Shown one piece after another: positions 43,964 through 54,930 of a stretch of DNA of 64,000 bases. Both the position numbers and the translations under genes were made by a program. Each line of letters opens with the position of its first letter. Positions within the stretch are counted from its first letter, which is position 1. The stretch comes from Chloropicon primus (lineage: Eukaryota): contig CP060762.1 of NCBI GenBank assembly GCA_023205875.1, positions 124,001 through 188,000 on the forward strand. Direction: 5' to 3'. The notes under the pieces are model-generated. The model was not told the origin of the DNA, did no database searches, and was given only the letters and a program-made list of their open reading frames with translations.

Positions 43964-44905
43964 TTATTTTTCTGGGACCACGCCCACTTCAGCTGGCCTG
44001 ATGACTCTATCGTGGAGGGTGTACCCAACCTTTGTTACAACAACAACGGTTCCGGGCTCTTTGTCGGGCACAGGAACCTCGAACCTCGCCTCGTGGAGGT
44101 TGGGATCGAATGGCTGGCCCGTGGGGTCGAAACGCTCCACGCCGTTCTTCTTCAAAACGGAGAGCATTTGCTTTTCGGTCATCTCGATGCCCTCGTGCAG
44201 GGATTTCAGGAATCCAAAAGCCTTCCCCTCGGCCTTGGCCTCGGCCTCGCCCTCTCCTCCTGACTTGAGGTAATCCACGTCCACCGCGGCGAGTGCTCGC
44301 TCGAAGTTGTCGGAGACGTCGAGGAGGTCCTTCACAAAGCCCTGGACCGCAAACTTTTGAGAGTTCTCTACCTGGCGAGCGGTCCTTTCTCTCAGGTTTT
44401 CCATGTCGGCCAAGGTCCTGATGAGCTTGTCCTTGTAGTCCGCGTTCTCCCCGCCCATCTTGGCCACGGTGGCCTCCAGGGCTTCGCACTTGGACCTCAG
44501 ATCGCTCAACTCCTCCTCCGCACAGGGTGCTCCTCCCTCCTCCTCCTCCTTGGGCTCCTCCTCCTGGCCCTCTCCCTCCTCCTGGGGCTTCTCCTCGGCC
44601 CCTGCTGCTGCCTTCTCCTCCGCCTTCTCCTCCTCGCTGCTCTTCGTCGAGAAGCTGAACAGCGGACGAGACGAGTGCGAGCACGTCGAAGGGGGCAGTC
44701 CACCCAACTCCCTGTGGACGCCCGCTACTGACGTGGCCGGCCGCCACCACTTCACACCATGGGGAGCAGAAGCTCTCGTGGCCACACTCTCCGGAAACGC
44801 ACCGCCTTCCGCTTCCAGGACGCCACACACGAGCCTCGCCGTCGTGGAGGAGCAAGTGCAACCCAACCTGCTCTGATGCCTCAACACTGCACGAAACATC
44901 ATCAT
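43964..44905 (-). CDS. grpE: Mitochondrial GrpE nucleotide exchange factor (Mge1-like)
   Basis: LADMENLRER, F.KDLLDVSDN, FDPNLHEA, GYTLHDRVIRPAEVGV; mitochondrial-type presequence. Confidence 0.93.
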   Translation of the reverse strand: MMMFRAVLRHQSRLGCTCSSTTARLVCGVLEAEGGAFPESVATRASAPHGVKWWRPATSVAGVHRELGGLPPSTCSHSSRPLFSFSTKSSEEEKAEEKAAAGAEEKPQEEGEGQEEEPKEEEEGGAPCAEEELSDLRSKCEALEATVAKMGGENADYKDKLIRTLADMENLRERTARQVENSQKFAVQGFVKDLLDVSDNFERALAAVDVDYLKSGGEGEAEAKAEGKAFGFLKSLHEGIEMTEKQMLSVLKKNGVERFDPTGQPFDPNLHEARFEVPVPDKEPGTVVVVTKVGYTLHDRVIRPAEVGVVPEK

Positions 44906-45347
44906 CAACAACACCAAAACCAAAACCAAAACCACCAGTTTGCAATGACAATGCAAACTCCAGGACCAAAAAAACGAATCCCTTCCACTCGGAACCGTTT
45001 CCTCTTCTCGCTGCGTTCGAATGAGCCAAGTCCCTGGACACGAAGGTCACTCCCTTACTAAGGTCGCGCTCCTCGGTACTCGGTCTCTCTCTCTCTCTCT
45101 CTTCTGATCGCCTTCGTCTGCAAAGCGCCGAGCGATCGATCTTCTGATCACCTGAGGGCATTGATCGCCGATCGATCGGCACACGAGGAGAGGAGAGGAA
45201 GGGGAGGAGAGGGGCGGAATAGGAGGCGATCGAGGAGGCTGGGCCGCGTGGGAAGGCGACAGATCGATAGAGTGTCTGTTTTTCTTTCGTTCGAGTGTTC
45301 TCTGGAAGGAAACGACGATCTGGTGAGGAAGTTGGGCATCGGCAAGG

Positions 45348-46643
45348 ATGAACATAATCCAGGCCACGAACCTTCGTCCTCGTCCTCCTGGGTCGGGCAT
45401 CGGTCCTGGTTCGCGGCCATCGACTTCGAAGCGTTGGTCGCAATCTCGTCCACGGGCACTGCCTGGCTTTGAGTTCACTTCAGGGAAGATTGTGTTCGGG
45501 AGGAACGCGTTCGAGAAAGTGCCTTCACTCGTCCAGGGATATCAACAACAACTGGAGGAAGACTGCGGCGTGTTCATTGTTTGCGGAAGCGCGGATAGGT
45601 TGAGCCGACCCCTGGCGGGTGCTTTGGGGTCGGCGGGCGTGGACAATATCAAAGTCTTCCACGTGGCCAAGGAGCCGACGGTGGAGCTGGTGCAGGAGGC
45701 TACCCGCGAGGCCAAAGGGTGCGGTGTCGTGGTCGCAGTCGGGGGGGGGGCAGCGATTGACACCGCCAAAGCGGTGTCGGTGATGTTGACGAACGGTGGA
45801 GCCGATCCCGACCCGCTTGACTTTCTTGAGGTGGTCGGGCGAGGGCTGCCGATAGAAAAGCCCGGGGTTCCATTCATCGCGTGCCCTTCGACGGCGGGAG
45901 TAGGCAGCGAGGTGACGAAGAACGCGGTCCTGGGAGCCGGACCCCAGAAGGTATCCATGAGATCCCCGTTTCTCGTCCCAAGCGTAGCTGTGGTTGACCC
46001 CGTCCTCACGGTGAGCTGCCCAAAAACGACTACGGCGTACACTGGCTTGGACGCCCTCGTTCAGTGCATCGAGCCGTACTGCACACACCTAGCGACCCCG
46101 CTGAGCGATCTGTACGCGAGGCAGGGAATCGTTTACGGAGCGAGGAGTTTGAGGTTGGCCTTCGACGAGCCTCAAAACCTCGATGCGAGGGAAGACATGT
46201 CTCTTTGCGGCCTCTTCAGTGGGGTGGCCCTGGCCAACAGCAAACTGGGCAGCGTTCACGGCTTCGCGGGGGTTTTGGGAGGAATGTTTCCCACCGCGCC
46301 GCACGGGGCCGTCTGTGGCCGGCTCCTCCCGCCTTGCTGGAAATCGAATTACGAGGCCTGCCAGTCGGAAGGAAGCGAGCAGAGCTCCAAAGCCCTCAAG
46401 AGGATGGAAGAGGTGGCCTCTCTGCTCTTGGACCGCCAAAATGCCAGTGTCGAGGAAGCGCACGCGTGGATGCGCTCGCTTGTGGAGCATCTGCAGGTTC
46501 CAGGCTTGCGATCGTGGGGCATGGGGGAGAAGGACATTCCAATGGCCGTGGAAAAATCGGCTGGAAGCTCGAGTATGCAAGGCAACCCCGTAAAGCTCAG
46601 CCACGGCGTCCTCGCTGACATTCTCGCAGAAGCCCTCGATTAG
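45348..46643 (+). CDS. Iron-containing alcohol dehydrogenase (bacterial-like family)
   Basis: EPTV, GGGAAIDTAKA, P.TAG.GSEVTKNAV, GLDAL.Q.IE, LG.VHG.A, PHG..C. Confidence 0.9.
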   Translation: MNIIQATNLRPRPPGSGIGPGSRPSTSKRWSQSRPRALPGFEFTSGKIVFGRNAFEKVPSLVQGYQQQLEEDCGVFIVCGSADRLSRPLAGALGSAGVDNIKVFHVAKEPTVELVQEATREAKGCGVVVAVGGGAAIDTAKAVSVMLTNGGADPDPLDFLEVVGRGLPIEKPGVPFIACPSTAGVGSEVTKNAVLGAGPQKVSMRSPFLVPSVAVVDPVLTVSCPKTTTAYTGLDALVQCIEPYCTHLATPLSDLYARQGIVYGARSLRLAFDEPQNLDAREDMSLCGLFSGVALANSKLGSVHGFAGVLGGMFPTAPHGAVCGRLLPPCWKSNYEACQSEGSEQSSKALKRMEEVASLLLDRQNASVEEAHAWMRSLVEHLQVPGLRSWGMGEKDIPMAVEKSAGSSSMQGNPVKLSHGVLADILAEALD

Positions 46644-46812
46644 GCTTGGCGCGACCACGTTGTGGGAAGAAAATTGGTAGGACAAGAGCGTCAGGGGAAT
46701 CAGAATTCAGAGGCCAAACAACTGCGGGTGAGCTTAATGAGTGACGATGTACTACAACTGCATTTCTTATTCCAAGAAAAAGTGCGCGGGGAAACGACGG
46801 CGCCATGAGAGA

Positions 46813-48685
46813 TCACACCCTGGCGTTGGTGAACTTCTTCCAACAGGCCTGGTCGATTCTCTTGACCATGGCCTTGATCTGCTGCCCCGGTCCCAGCTCG
46901 TGCAGACTTGTCTTTCCGTTGGAGATGAGGGCCTTGACCAAGGACTCCCACTGAACGGGCTCGACGAGCTGCCTCATGAGGAGCTTCTTGATCTCTTGTT
47001 CCTCCTCGGGGAAGGGAGCGGCGGTCACGTTGGAGTAAACAGGGATCCTTGGCTTGCTCAGGGAGATCGTGGAGAGGACCTTCTCCAGGTTGTCGGAAGC
47101 AGACTGCATGAGGGGCGTGTGGAATGCTCCAGAGACGGCAACCTTCTGCGCTTTCAAGGCGCCCTTCGAGGTGGCGAGCTTGGCAAGGTGGTCGAGAGCC
47201 TTGTTGTGGCCACTCACCACACGGCCCTGAGGGAAGAGGTAATTTGCCATCTGGCAAACCACTTTGTCGTCCCCGGCCTTTTTGAAGTGGTCGACCGTCT
47301 GCTTGCAAATGTCGGAGACGTCCTTGTCGCTCAATCCGACGATGGAGAGCATTCCGTGCGGGTCTCCCATCGCCGCGGCCTCTGCCATGCTCTCGCCTCT
47401 CACCTTTACGACCTTGAGCGCATCCTTGAAGCTCATCACGCCCGCGAAGACGAGCGCGGTGTACTCCCCGAGGGAGAGCCCAGCCGTGCAGCTGCACTGC
47501 TTCACCGTCTTGTCGTTGTCTTGCTTGAACATCTCGACCGCGGCCATGGAGCAAACGAAGAGAGCGGGCTGGGCGTAGACCGTGTTGTCGAGCTTGCTCT
47601 TGGGGCCGTTCAGGCAGACGTCGAGGAGATCGTACCCCAGGACTTCCTTGGCCTCGTCGAACATCTCCTTCACGCGAGGGATGCCAAGCGTGTCCTTGAC
47701 CATCCCGACGGCCTGAGACCCCTGGCCAGGGAAAAGGAAGGCGATTGGCGTGTTCAGGCTAGCGGATGGCTGCATGGAGGCCGCTAAGGCAGGGTTCGCG
47801 GCGATCTGAGCCTGCTTCTCCTTTCTCAGCTTCTTCTCCTTCTTCCTGTCCTCCTCGTCCTTCTGCCTCTTCACCTCCTCGGGGTACTCTGGCTTGTAGC
47901 TCTTCTTCCACTGCTTGACGGTGTCCAAGCCGTAGTCGTACAGGGCCCACCAGTCGCCGATGTCCGGGTGGGGCTCAGGGCTCTTATCGGTGCCCTTGTA
48001 CTTCTTCTCCAAGGCCTTGATCTTGCCTCGGATGACCTCGTCGTCCACGGCGACCTCGATGGGGAGCTTCTTGCCTTTTTTTGTTGTTGGTCGGTTTGGC
48101 GGTGGGGGTGAAGATGAAGCAAAGAAAGAAGGGAAAAGGGGCGTCAGCGCCATGCTTTCTCTCAACGTCACGCCACGAACAAGCCGCGGGGGACGGGAAG
48201 GTTGGAACAAAACGCTCGAAAGAAAGAAAAACCACTCGGGTTGGCTGGCAAAGGAAACGCATAATGTCCCCCGCCGCGTCCCGGCTTGTCGTCGGAGGCT
48301 TACCTGGGTTGAGGTAGGGGTCGTAGTCCTCGCTCCTGATGCTGGGGTCCGCCCCGCGGCTCAGGAGGTACTCGTAGATCTCCAAGTAGCCCTCGAAGTG
48401 GGCGAGGTACGCCGCGCGATGAAGAGCCGTGAAACCCTTCGCGTCACGCTGGTTCACCACCCCACCGTTGTTTAGAATATGGTGAAGCATGTCGAGCTGC
48501 TTGTACGTCGTCGCGAAGTGGATCGGCGCACCCGCACCATTGTCCTGCGTCCAAAAGTAAGGGTCCTTCTCCATAATCTTCGCCAGCTGCTCAGGGTCCC
48601 CCAGCCTTATCGTGCTGTAGAACGCGAATGGAGGGTACTTGGGTGAAGGGGGGTACCTCCCCGTTCCTGTCATGTCTCTCGGCAT
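46813..48685 (-). CDS. Ankyrin-repeat + malonyl-CoA:ACP transacylase fusion (exons 48685-48304, 48074-46813)
   Basis: Exon 1 ankyrin motifs (APIHFA, GFTALHRAA..LLSRGADP) join NPG|KKLP through a phase-1 intron to FPGQGSQ, AQPALF, GLSLGE, SGAFHT, PVQW, ELGPG. Confidence 0.85.
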
Positions 48686-49031
48686 CTTATCTTCTCACAC
48701 CACCAAAGGCTTTGGCCCTCTCTCCCTCGCTCGTCGTCCTCGTCCTCGTGTTCGCCGAGTCCTCGCTCCTTTCTGAAAAACGAAACAACACGAAACAACG
48801 AAACGAAACGAAACGAAACGCTTGAGGGAGCGTTTCAAAAAAAGAATGTCGTGGACCGAAAAGAAAACGGCCAAGATGGAGGAAGCGAGGCATGGAGGAT
48901 TGCGATGGGATGGGGAGGTGGGAGTAAAGAAAAGAAAATGCCCATGATCACCAGACTAAGATGTGGGGTGCCGATGGATGGGGGGCGAAGAGGACGGGGG
49001 CACGACTCGAAATTGTATAAATACATCATCA

Positions 49032-50691
49032 TCAAAGGTTGTGGTGGTGATCCTCCCTGATCATGGCTTCCCGTCCGGCATCCATGAAAGGCCTCTCCTC
49101 CGGCAAGACCAGGTCTCGGTACTGGTTGGGGTGCTTGGCCTTCTTGGCGCGGTTCAGCTCGTACAGCTGGATCTTCCAGTCCTCCAGCTTCTCGCAGCCC
49201 TCCACTTGGGACGTGATGCGTTCGAGGTAGTCCCACTGGATCCCGTCCATGCAGTGCGTCATGTCGATCCTGGCGCCCTCTCTGTCGATCGACTCGTAGA
49301 AGCTCAGAGCCCTCCTCAGCATCTCCTGCTTGGTCGGGAGCTCGCAGCCGCCGGCGAGGCACTTGGCCACCCACTTGGCCTGGATCTCGAAGAACGGGAA
49401 AGGGAGGATCCTGAAGCCCAAGCCAATGAACGAGAGACGGGCCCCGAAGCTGGGGTGGAACAGGTGCTCGTACAGGGGCTCGATCCTGCCGTTCCGCGTC
49501 TCCACGACGTCCCCGGTCAAGAACGGGACGCTGTAGTGGTAGCCCGTGCACCAGAGGATGGTGTCCACTTCCGCCGGCTCGTCCTCCCCCTTCTCAAAGT
49601 GCGCCATCCCCCCCTCCACTCTCACCACGTTGGAGCACAAGCGAACCTTCGGGGGGAGGGAATCCCTGAAGCTCGCCATCTTGTCGGCGTCAAATCGATC
49701 GAACCCTGGTGGGGACACACACACACACACACACACACGAGGGAGAGGGAGAGGGAGAGAGAGAACCAACCGCGAGCGAATCAGCAAGGTGAATCAGCAA
49801 GGAAGAAGGCCGTCACTTTTCGGCTGCTTACCCCTCCCACTCCAGTGCACCGCGCTCGCGACTTGGGCAACCTCCCTGGACAAGTCGTCCCCAGAGGGGC
49901 CGGCGCCGACGACGAGGACCCTCTTGCCAATAAATTCCTCCACGTCCGCCCTCTTGTAGTCCCTGCTGTGCACCTGGGCCCCCACGAATCCCTTGTCCAC
50001 GCCCTGAGGGAGCTTCGGTGACTCAAAGTGGCCATTGCAAACGACAAGGGCGTCAAACACCCTCTCCTCGCTCTCCTCGCTTCCCTTCGGCCTCACCCGG
50101 AGGCGCCACTTGTCTTCCGACGTCGCCTCCGCTTGCTCCACGAGCGTGTCCTTCTCGATGAACCTTGGTGGGAACACAACCCAAACGAAAGTCAGACCCA
50201 AGCTGGGACGAAGAACAAGTGCATCGCGACTTTTCCGGAGCTTCTCGCGTCACATAATACTTTGGTCAAGCGGCGATGGCTTACCTGTCTATACCGAAGA
50301 AGGAAGCAAAGTCCTGCAGGTACTGGTGCACCTCCAGATGCTTGCAGTACCTCATTCCGGTCCTGTCCACGAAAGGAAAGTCCGAGTAACCCATGATCTC
50401 CTTGGGCAAGTTGACGCGGAGGCTCTTGTACAAGCTGCTGTGGATGTGGTACGCCGACTTATCGCCGGCTGCCTCCTCGTTGTACACCCAGGTGCCACCC
50501 ACCTCCGATCCCCTCTCGAACAAGGTGACGTGTAGATTCTCTCGCGCGAGCTCCCTCGCGGCAACGAGGCCGGCCGCGCCAGCACCGACGACCGCGACGG
50601 AGGAGTAAGGCCTTCCGCAGGAGGCTGACCCGGACGCCGAGGCCTGGGTTCCTCGAAGCATTCTCCTCGTCCCCCTCAGCAGCTTCGCCAT
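49032..50691 (-). CDS. Flavin-containing monooxygenase (FMO GS-OX-like; exons 50691-50285, 50163-49832, 49705-49032)
   Basis: GAGAAG, GGTW, SSLY..LR.NLP, VCNGH, HS.DY, GAGPSG.D, CTGY, PLYEH. Confidence 0.9.
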
Positions 50692-50793
50692 CCTCAGCAG
50701 CAGCTGGACGGGGGGGAATGGAATTCAATCAATTCGTTTCCTTGAGGATGCAGGGGCAAGAGAGACGCGTTCAAGGATGATGGCTGGACAAGC

Positions 50794-50849
50794 CTCACCA
50801 GGACAGGAGAAAACCTCTCCTGTTGAGAATCTTCTCCTGTCCTGGTGGG
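50794..50849. repeat. Inverted repeat / hairpin with a 16-bp perfect stem
   Basis: CACCAGGACAGGAGAA (50796-50811) is the exact reverse complement of TTCTCCTGTCCTGGTG (50832-50847). Confidence 0.9.
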
Positions 50850-50920
50850 ACTAAAACCTAAAGGAACATCGGGGAGGGCAATCCTAATATCATATCATAT
50901 CATTATCATATCATACAAGA

Positions 50921-52387
50921 TCATCCTTGTTGTTGTTTGTTTGATGACTTCGTTGAAAGGGAGAACACAGACCTGTTGATGTCCGGCAGGAAGGCTTCGA
51001 CCAGGGTACAGGCCGCTGGCTTGTTCTGCTTCCTGAGCTTGCTCATCCTCTTGCGGTGAGCTCTGCTGTTGCGGTGGCTCTCCCACTCCAAAGGTCCTCG
51101 GAAGACTCTGCCGTTACAGACGCTGCACTGGTACGTCCGCCAATTGGTCTCCTCCCCGGCCTCCGCTGGTGCAGTCTCGCCCTCTGTCGCCGCTGAGCGC
51201 TTGGTGAGGAACGACTCGACTCTAGGGAGGACCCTGTCCATGACCTCCTCCTTCCATATCGCTTGTCTTGACCTCCCGGCGTCCTCGTTCCCGCTGCTGG
51301 CTTCCAGCTTGCTTCGGATGACCCCTGTCATGTCAACCGTGGAGCAACCAATGGCCTGATCGGAGACCCAGCGCTGGACCCTTCTCCTCTGCCTCTTGGC
51401 GAGCCTGATGGTGTTCTTCTTCATCTCCTCGACCCCCTCCTCGATCATTTCCCCGGAACCACGATCTTCGCGCCCCGCCTCCTCGGCCTGGCCAGGGCTG
51501 AAAACGTGCCTGAACTCCTTCACACCGATGGCTTGGAAGATTCCTCGCTCGGTATCCGGGTGGCACCTCGCGTACAAGTCCGTGAGCTCTTCCTCCATCC
51601 CCCTCTCGATCATCGCGCCCACCCTGGCACGCAGGTGGGGAGCGAGAACAGAGTCATCGGCATCCAAGAAGAAGACGCAACAATGGTACAGCAGGGTGCT
51701 CCCCTTGGTCTTCGACGCCACCCTCTGCCTCTTGAACAGCTCGCTCGCGGGCACCCCAGTAGTCTCGTAAATGTCCAAGTACCTTCGTATCCTCCTCGTG
51801 TTGTTCGGATGCAGCCACGCCGCGCTGATCGGGTCCACCTCCTGAAGCTGCTTGTACTTGTCCTCCAAGTCCGCGCCGTCCGCATCAGGCCTTGAGGGCG
51901 GCGCTTCGTTCGATTCGAGGGCATCGTCGTCCTCGTCTTCGCCACCACCGCCACCATCTCCTGGTGCTGTTCCTGGTGCCGTCGTCACTTGAGAGAGGTC
52001 GAAGTGTCTGCTCAGGAGGGCCTTGGCGTAGTAGTCGGACCCACCACAAAGGATGGGCAACACGTTTCGTTTACGCAAGTCTTCCAGGACCCCCTGGGCC
52101 TCAATTCTGTACTCCTGGGTCGTGAAGTCCTTGCGAGGATCAGCGAACCCGATGAGATGGTGCCTCACCCCCCTCTGCTCCTCTGGGGTTGCCTTGTTGG
52201 TCACGATGGGAGATCCAGAGTAACACTGGAGAACGTCGCAGTTGATCACTTCGCAGGAGATTCCGTGCCTGTCACGCAGAGCCTGCGCGACCTCAATGGC
52301 AACCTTCGTCTTCCCCGTACCAGTTGCCCCCAGGATCACGAGCACCTTGCCCCCCGCTTCCCACTTCTTCGATGTCTCCATCATCAT
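50921..52387 (-). CDS. tRNA isopentenyltransferase (TRIT1/Mod5/IPT2-type) with C-terminal zinc finger
   Basis: GATGTGKT, INCD..QCY, TNK, HHL, GGSDYY, HPNNTRRIRR.L, FQAIGVKEF, C..C..WE.H..S..H. Confidence 0.93.
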   Translation of the reverse strand: MMMETSKKWEAGGKVLVILGATGTGKTKVAIEVAQALRDRHGISCEVINCDVLQCYSGSPIVTNKATPEEQRGVRHHLIGFADPRKDFTTQEYRIEAQGVLEDLRKRNVLPILCGGSDYYAKALLSRHFDLSQVTTAPGTAPGDGGGGGEDEDDDALESNEAPPSRPDADGADLEDKYKQLQEVDPISAAWLHPNNTRRIRRYLDIYETTGVPASELFKRQRVASKTKGSTLLYHCCVFFLDADDSVLAPHLRARVGAMIERGMEEELTDLYARCHPDTERGIFQAIGVKEFRHVFSPGQAEEAGREDRGSGEMIEEGVEEMKKNTIRLAKRQRRRVQRWVSDQAIGCSTVDMTGVIRSKLEASSGNEDAGRSRQAIWKEEVMDRVLPRVESFLTKRSAATEGETAPAEAGEETNWRTYQCSVCNGRVFRGPLEWESHRNSRAHRKRMSKLRKQNKPAACTLVEAFLPDINRSVFSLSTKSSNKQQQG

Positions 52388-52392
52388 CCTCT

Positions 52393-52863
52393 TCACGTCT
52401 CGCGAAGGTGATGCCTCACGAGTTTGTGCGTGTTCTCAAAGTAAAAGTCGCCCTCGAACTCCTTGCCCGCCAACAGCAGCGGGTACCAGTACTCATCGTC
52501 CGCCCACATCTTCTGGTACGGGATATCCTCCACAGCAAACCACTGTGGCTTCATCTCTTCCGTCTCCTTGGGCTCCTTGGGCTCCAAGTTCAGGCCAGTC
52601 GTGAACACGTGGACTTCCCAAGGCACAGGCTTGTCGTCAAAGTGAAACCGAAGCAGCCCCTTCCTCACACACTCCTTGGCAGTCACACCGGCCTCCTCCT
52701 CCAGCTCCCTCCTCGCGGCTGCCTCCACTGATTCGTCGCTTGGCTCCACCTTTCCACCGAAGCCGTTGTAGTACCCTTCCCCGAAGCCTCGCTTCTTCAA
52801 CCCGAGCAGCACTCGCTTCCCATCCGTGGGGATCAAGAGCGTCAGCACCTTGGCCTTGGCCAT
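52393..52863 (-). CDS. NUDT1: Nudix hydrolase MTH1/NUDT1 (oxidised purine nucleotide triphosphatase)
   Basis: LLGLKKRGFG.G..NGFGGKVE..A.REL.EE.G, ETEEM.P.WF..IPY..MW.DD.YW.P. Confidence 0.92.
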   Translation of the reverse strand: MAKAKVLTLLIPTDGKRVLLGLKKRGFGEGYYNGFGGKVEPSDESVEAAARRELEEEAGVTAKECVRKGLLRFHFDDKPVPWEVHVFTTGLNLEPKEPKETEEMKPQWFAVEDIPYQKMWADDEYWYPLLLAGKEFEGDFYFENTHKLVRHHLRET

Positions 52864-53265
52864 CAACTCACCACTGACGTCTCAATCGCGTTCCCGTGCG
52901 ATGTTCCTAGGTCAAGTGAGGTATCAATCGAAAGCCCGCGAGACGTACTTTCGTTTGATCGACTCGTCCTTCCCTCTCTCGCCTCGACCTGTTCGTCAGA
53001 AAGGTAAAGCGACCTCCCCCTCGATCGGTCCCACAGCGCGCCCGAGACGAAGAGAAGACATCCCCGTGATCGCTGCCGCTGCGGAGAAGTCGAGGGGAGG
53101 GGACGGAAAACCGCAAGGAGAGGGCGAGAAGGGAGGAGAGGGCGAGGATAGGGTCGACCATCAGAAGCGTCTTGTCGCCAGCTTTCGAAAGAGCCCTCGC
53201 TCGAAAGGAGTAACGCTCTGGCGAGGATTTCAGACAGTGAGAGAGAGAGAGAGAGAGAGAGGAGC

Positions 53266-54930
53266 ATGAGCATGAGCGTGGAGGAGGGAGAGGGGAGGGA
53301 AGCTTCTTCTTCTTCTTCTTCTTTGGTGTCGGAGGAAGGGAGGGAGGGCGCGAGCGGAGTTAGGCTGGTGATAAAGAACCCTGCGAACGCGACGGACTTC
53401 GAGGTGTTCTGTCCGTGGAACTGCACGGTGGGAGGCCTGAAGGACAAGTTGAGCGAGGAGTACGAAGGGCGTCCACCGTCCAGCAAGCAGACGCTGATAT
53501 TCGCTGGCAAGGTGCTGAGGAACGACCAGGTGTTGGGTGATACGATAAAGACGCCGAAGAAGCAAGCGCAGTGTTGCGGGGAGGTCAGCTGTGGTAGCGA
53601 GAGCGACGGGGAGGAGGAGAACTTTTTGGCAAAGCTCCACCTCGTTGTTCAGTCTGCGCCCAGTCCAGCGGTCAGGTCTCGCAGCGGGAGCGGAGCGAAA
53701 GCTCCGGAAGCGAGGAGGCCGGAGGCCGGCGAGGGAACGCTCCCCGCGGCGGCAGAGGCGAGCACGAGCGGAACAAACGAAGAGGTTTCTTTGTCAGAAC
53801 AGAGTGATGCCACGACTGGCGGTCTGGCAGGGCTGGGAGGGGTGGATGATGGTCAGGTGACCCTCCCTACACCCAGTTTTACGACGCCAAGCCCTTCGGA
53901 GCCCCTTGGATCGCCCCAAGGGGAGAGGCAGGATCTTCCTCCCAGCAGCGCGGGAGCAGAAAGCTCCGGCGCGCAGCCGCCCCCTCAAACTCCAAGTCAA
54001 TGTGCCCAGCCCAGCACCCCGCAGACTGCGACGCCACCTATGAGCCCAGCAATGTCGGCTGCGTATGACGCTGCGCTGAGGGCCGTGATGAGCTCGCCCG
54101 CGGTGACTCCGGGGCAGCAGCACCACCCGCAAGGTTTTCACTACGACCCGAGGACTCCCGTGATGGCGCCTTATCCCGGGTATATGTACGCCCCTAGCCC
54201 TTACAGCCCCTATCCCATGGCCATGAGTCCGTGGGGGCCGTTCTTTCCACCCCCTCCGCCCACGGCAGCGGGGTTCCCTGGATACGACCCGGCTCTGCTC
54301 TTTGCCAATCAGGCAAACTTGATGCGAGCTCACCAGGCTCAGTTTGCGCCGATGGGTCAAAACAGGCTGGCGGACAGGATGGCGCACATGCAGCAAGGAC
54401 CTGCTCGGACAGCAGAGGAGGCCAGAGGGCCAGGGCAGCCGGGAAGGCAGGGGAACGCTCCCAGGGTCGATGCCGCGGCTGGCAACCGGAACAACAACAA
54501 CGCGAATGCGAACGGAAACCGAAACGGGAACAACCGGAACAACGGGTTCTGGGATTATCTGAACTTGCAGCTCACTCTGAAGCTCTTTGTTCTCGGGATC
54601 ATCATAAATCACGACGGGTCCGTGGGTCGGTTGCTGCTCACTGCGTTCATCTTCATGTTTGTTTACATGCAGCAGATGGGCATTTTCTCGTCCAACGGGA
54701 CCCTGATTCAGAAGTTCAGCGCCTGGTACTCCTCAACCTTTCGAAGGCTGGACGGCGCGAACGCCAACTCACCTGATGCGCCACCGGCGCCCCCCGTGAA
54801 CCCTCTGGTCAGGCTCTTCATTGAGGTGCAGTGGTTCTTCATGGCGTTGCTGGCGTCTCTTCTCCCCTCCTTCTCTGCGGAATCCTTTATGGAGCAGGCC
54901 GCAGCCCAAGTGAGGCCGCACCAAGACTGA
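53266..54930 (+). CDS. HERP-like ER membrane protein with N-terminal ubiquitin-like domain
   Basis: TVG.LK..L...Y...P....Q.LIFAGKVL; Pro-rich linker; C-terminal TM segments ending FF.ALL.SLLP. Confidence 0.78.
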   Translation: MSMSVEEGEGREASSSSSSLVSEEGREGASGVRLVIKNPANATDFEVFCPWNCTVGGLKDKLSEEYEGRPPSSKQTLIFAGKVLRNDQVLGDTIKTPKKQAQCCGEVSCGSESDGEEENFLAKLHLVVQSAPSPAVRSRSGSGAKAPEARRPEAGEGTLPAAAEASTSGTNEEVSLSEQSDATTGGLAGLGGVDDGQVTLPTPSFTTPSPSEPLGSPQGERQDLPPSSAGAESSGAQPPPQTPSQCAQPSTPQTATPPMSPAMSAAYDAALRAVMSSPAVTPGQQHHPQGFHYDPRTPVMAPYPGYMYAPSPYSPYPMAMSPWGPFFPPPPPTAAGFPGYDPALLFANQANLMRAHQAQFAPMGQNRLADRMAHMQQGPARTAEEARGPGQPGRQGNAPRVDAAAGNRNNNNANANGNRNGNNRNNGFWDYLNLQLTLKLFVLGIIINHDGSVGRLLLTAFIFMFVYMQQMGIFSSNGTLIQKFSAWYSSTFRRLDGANANSPDAPPAPPVNPLVRLFIEVQWFFMALLASLLPSFSAESFMEQAAAQVRPHQD

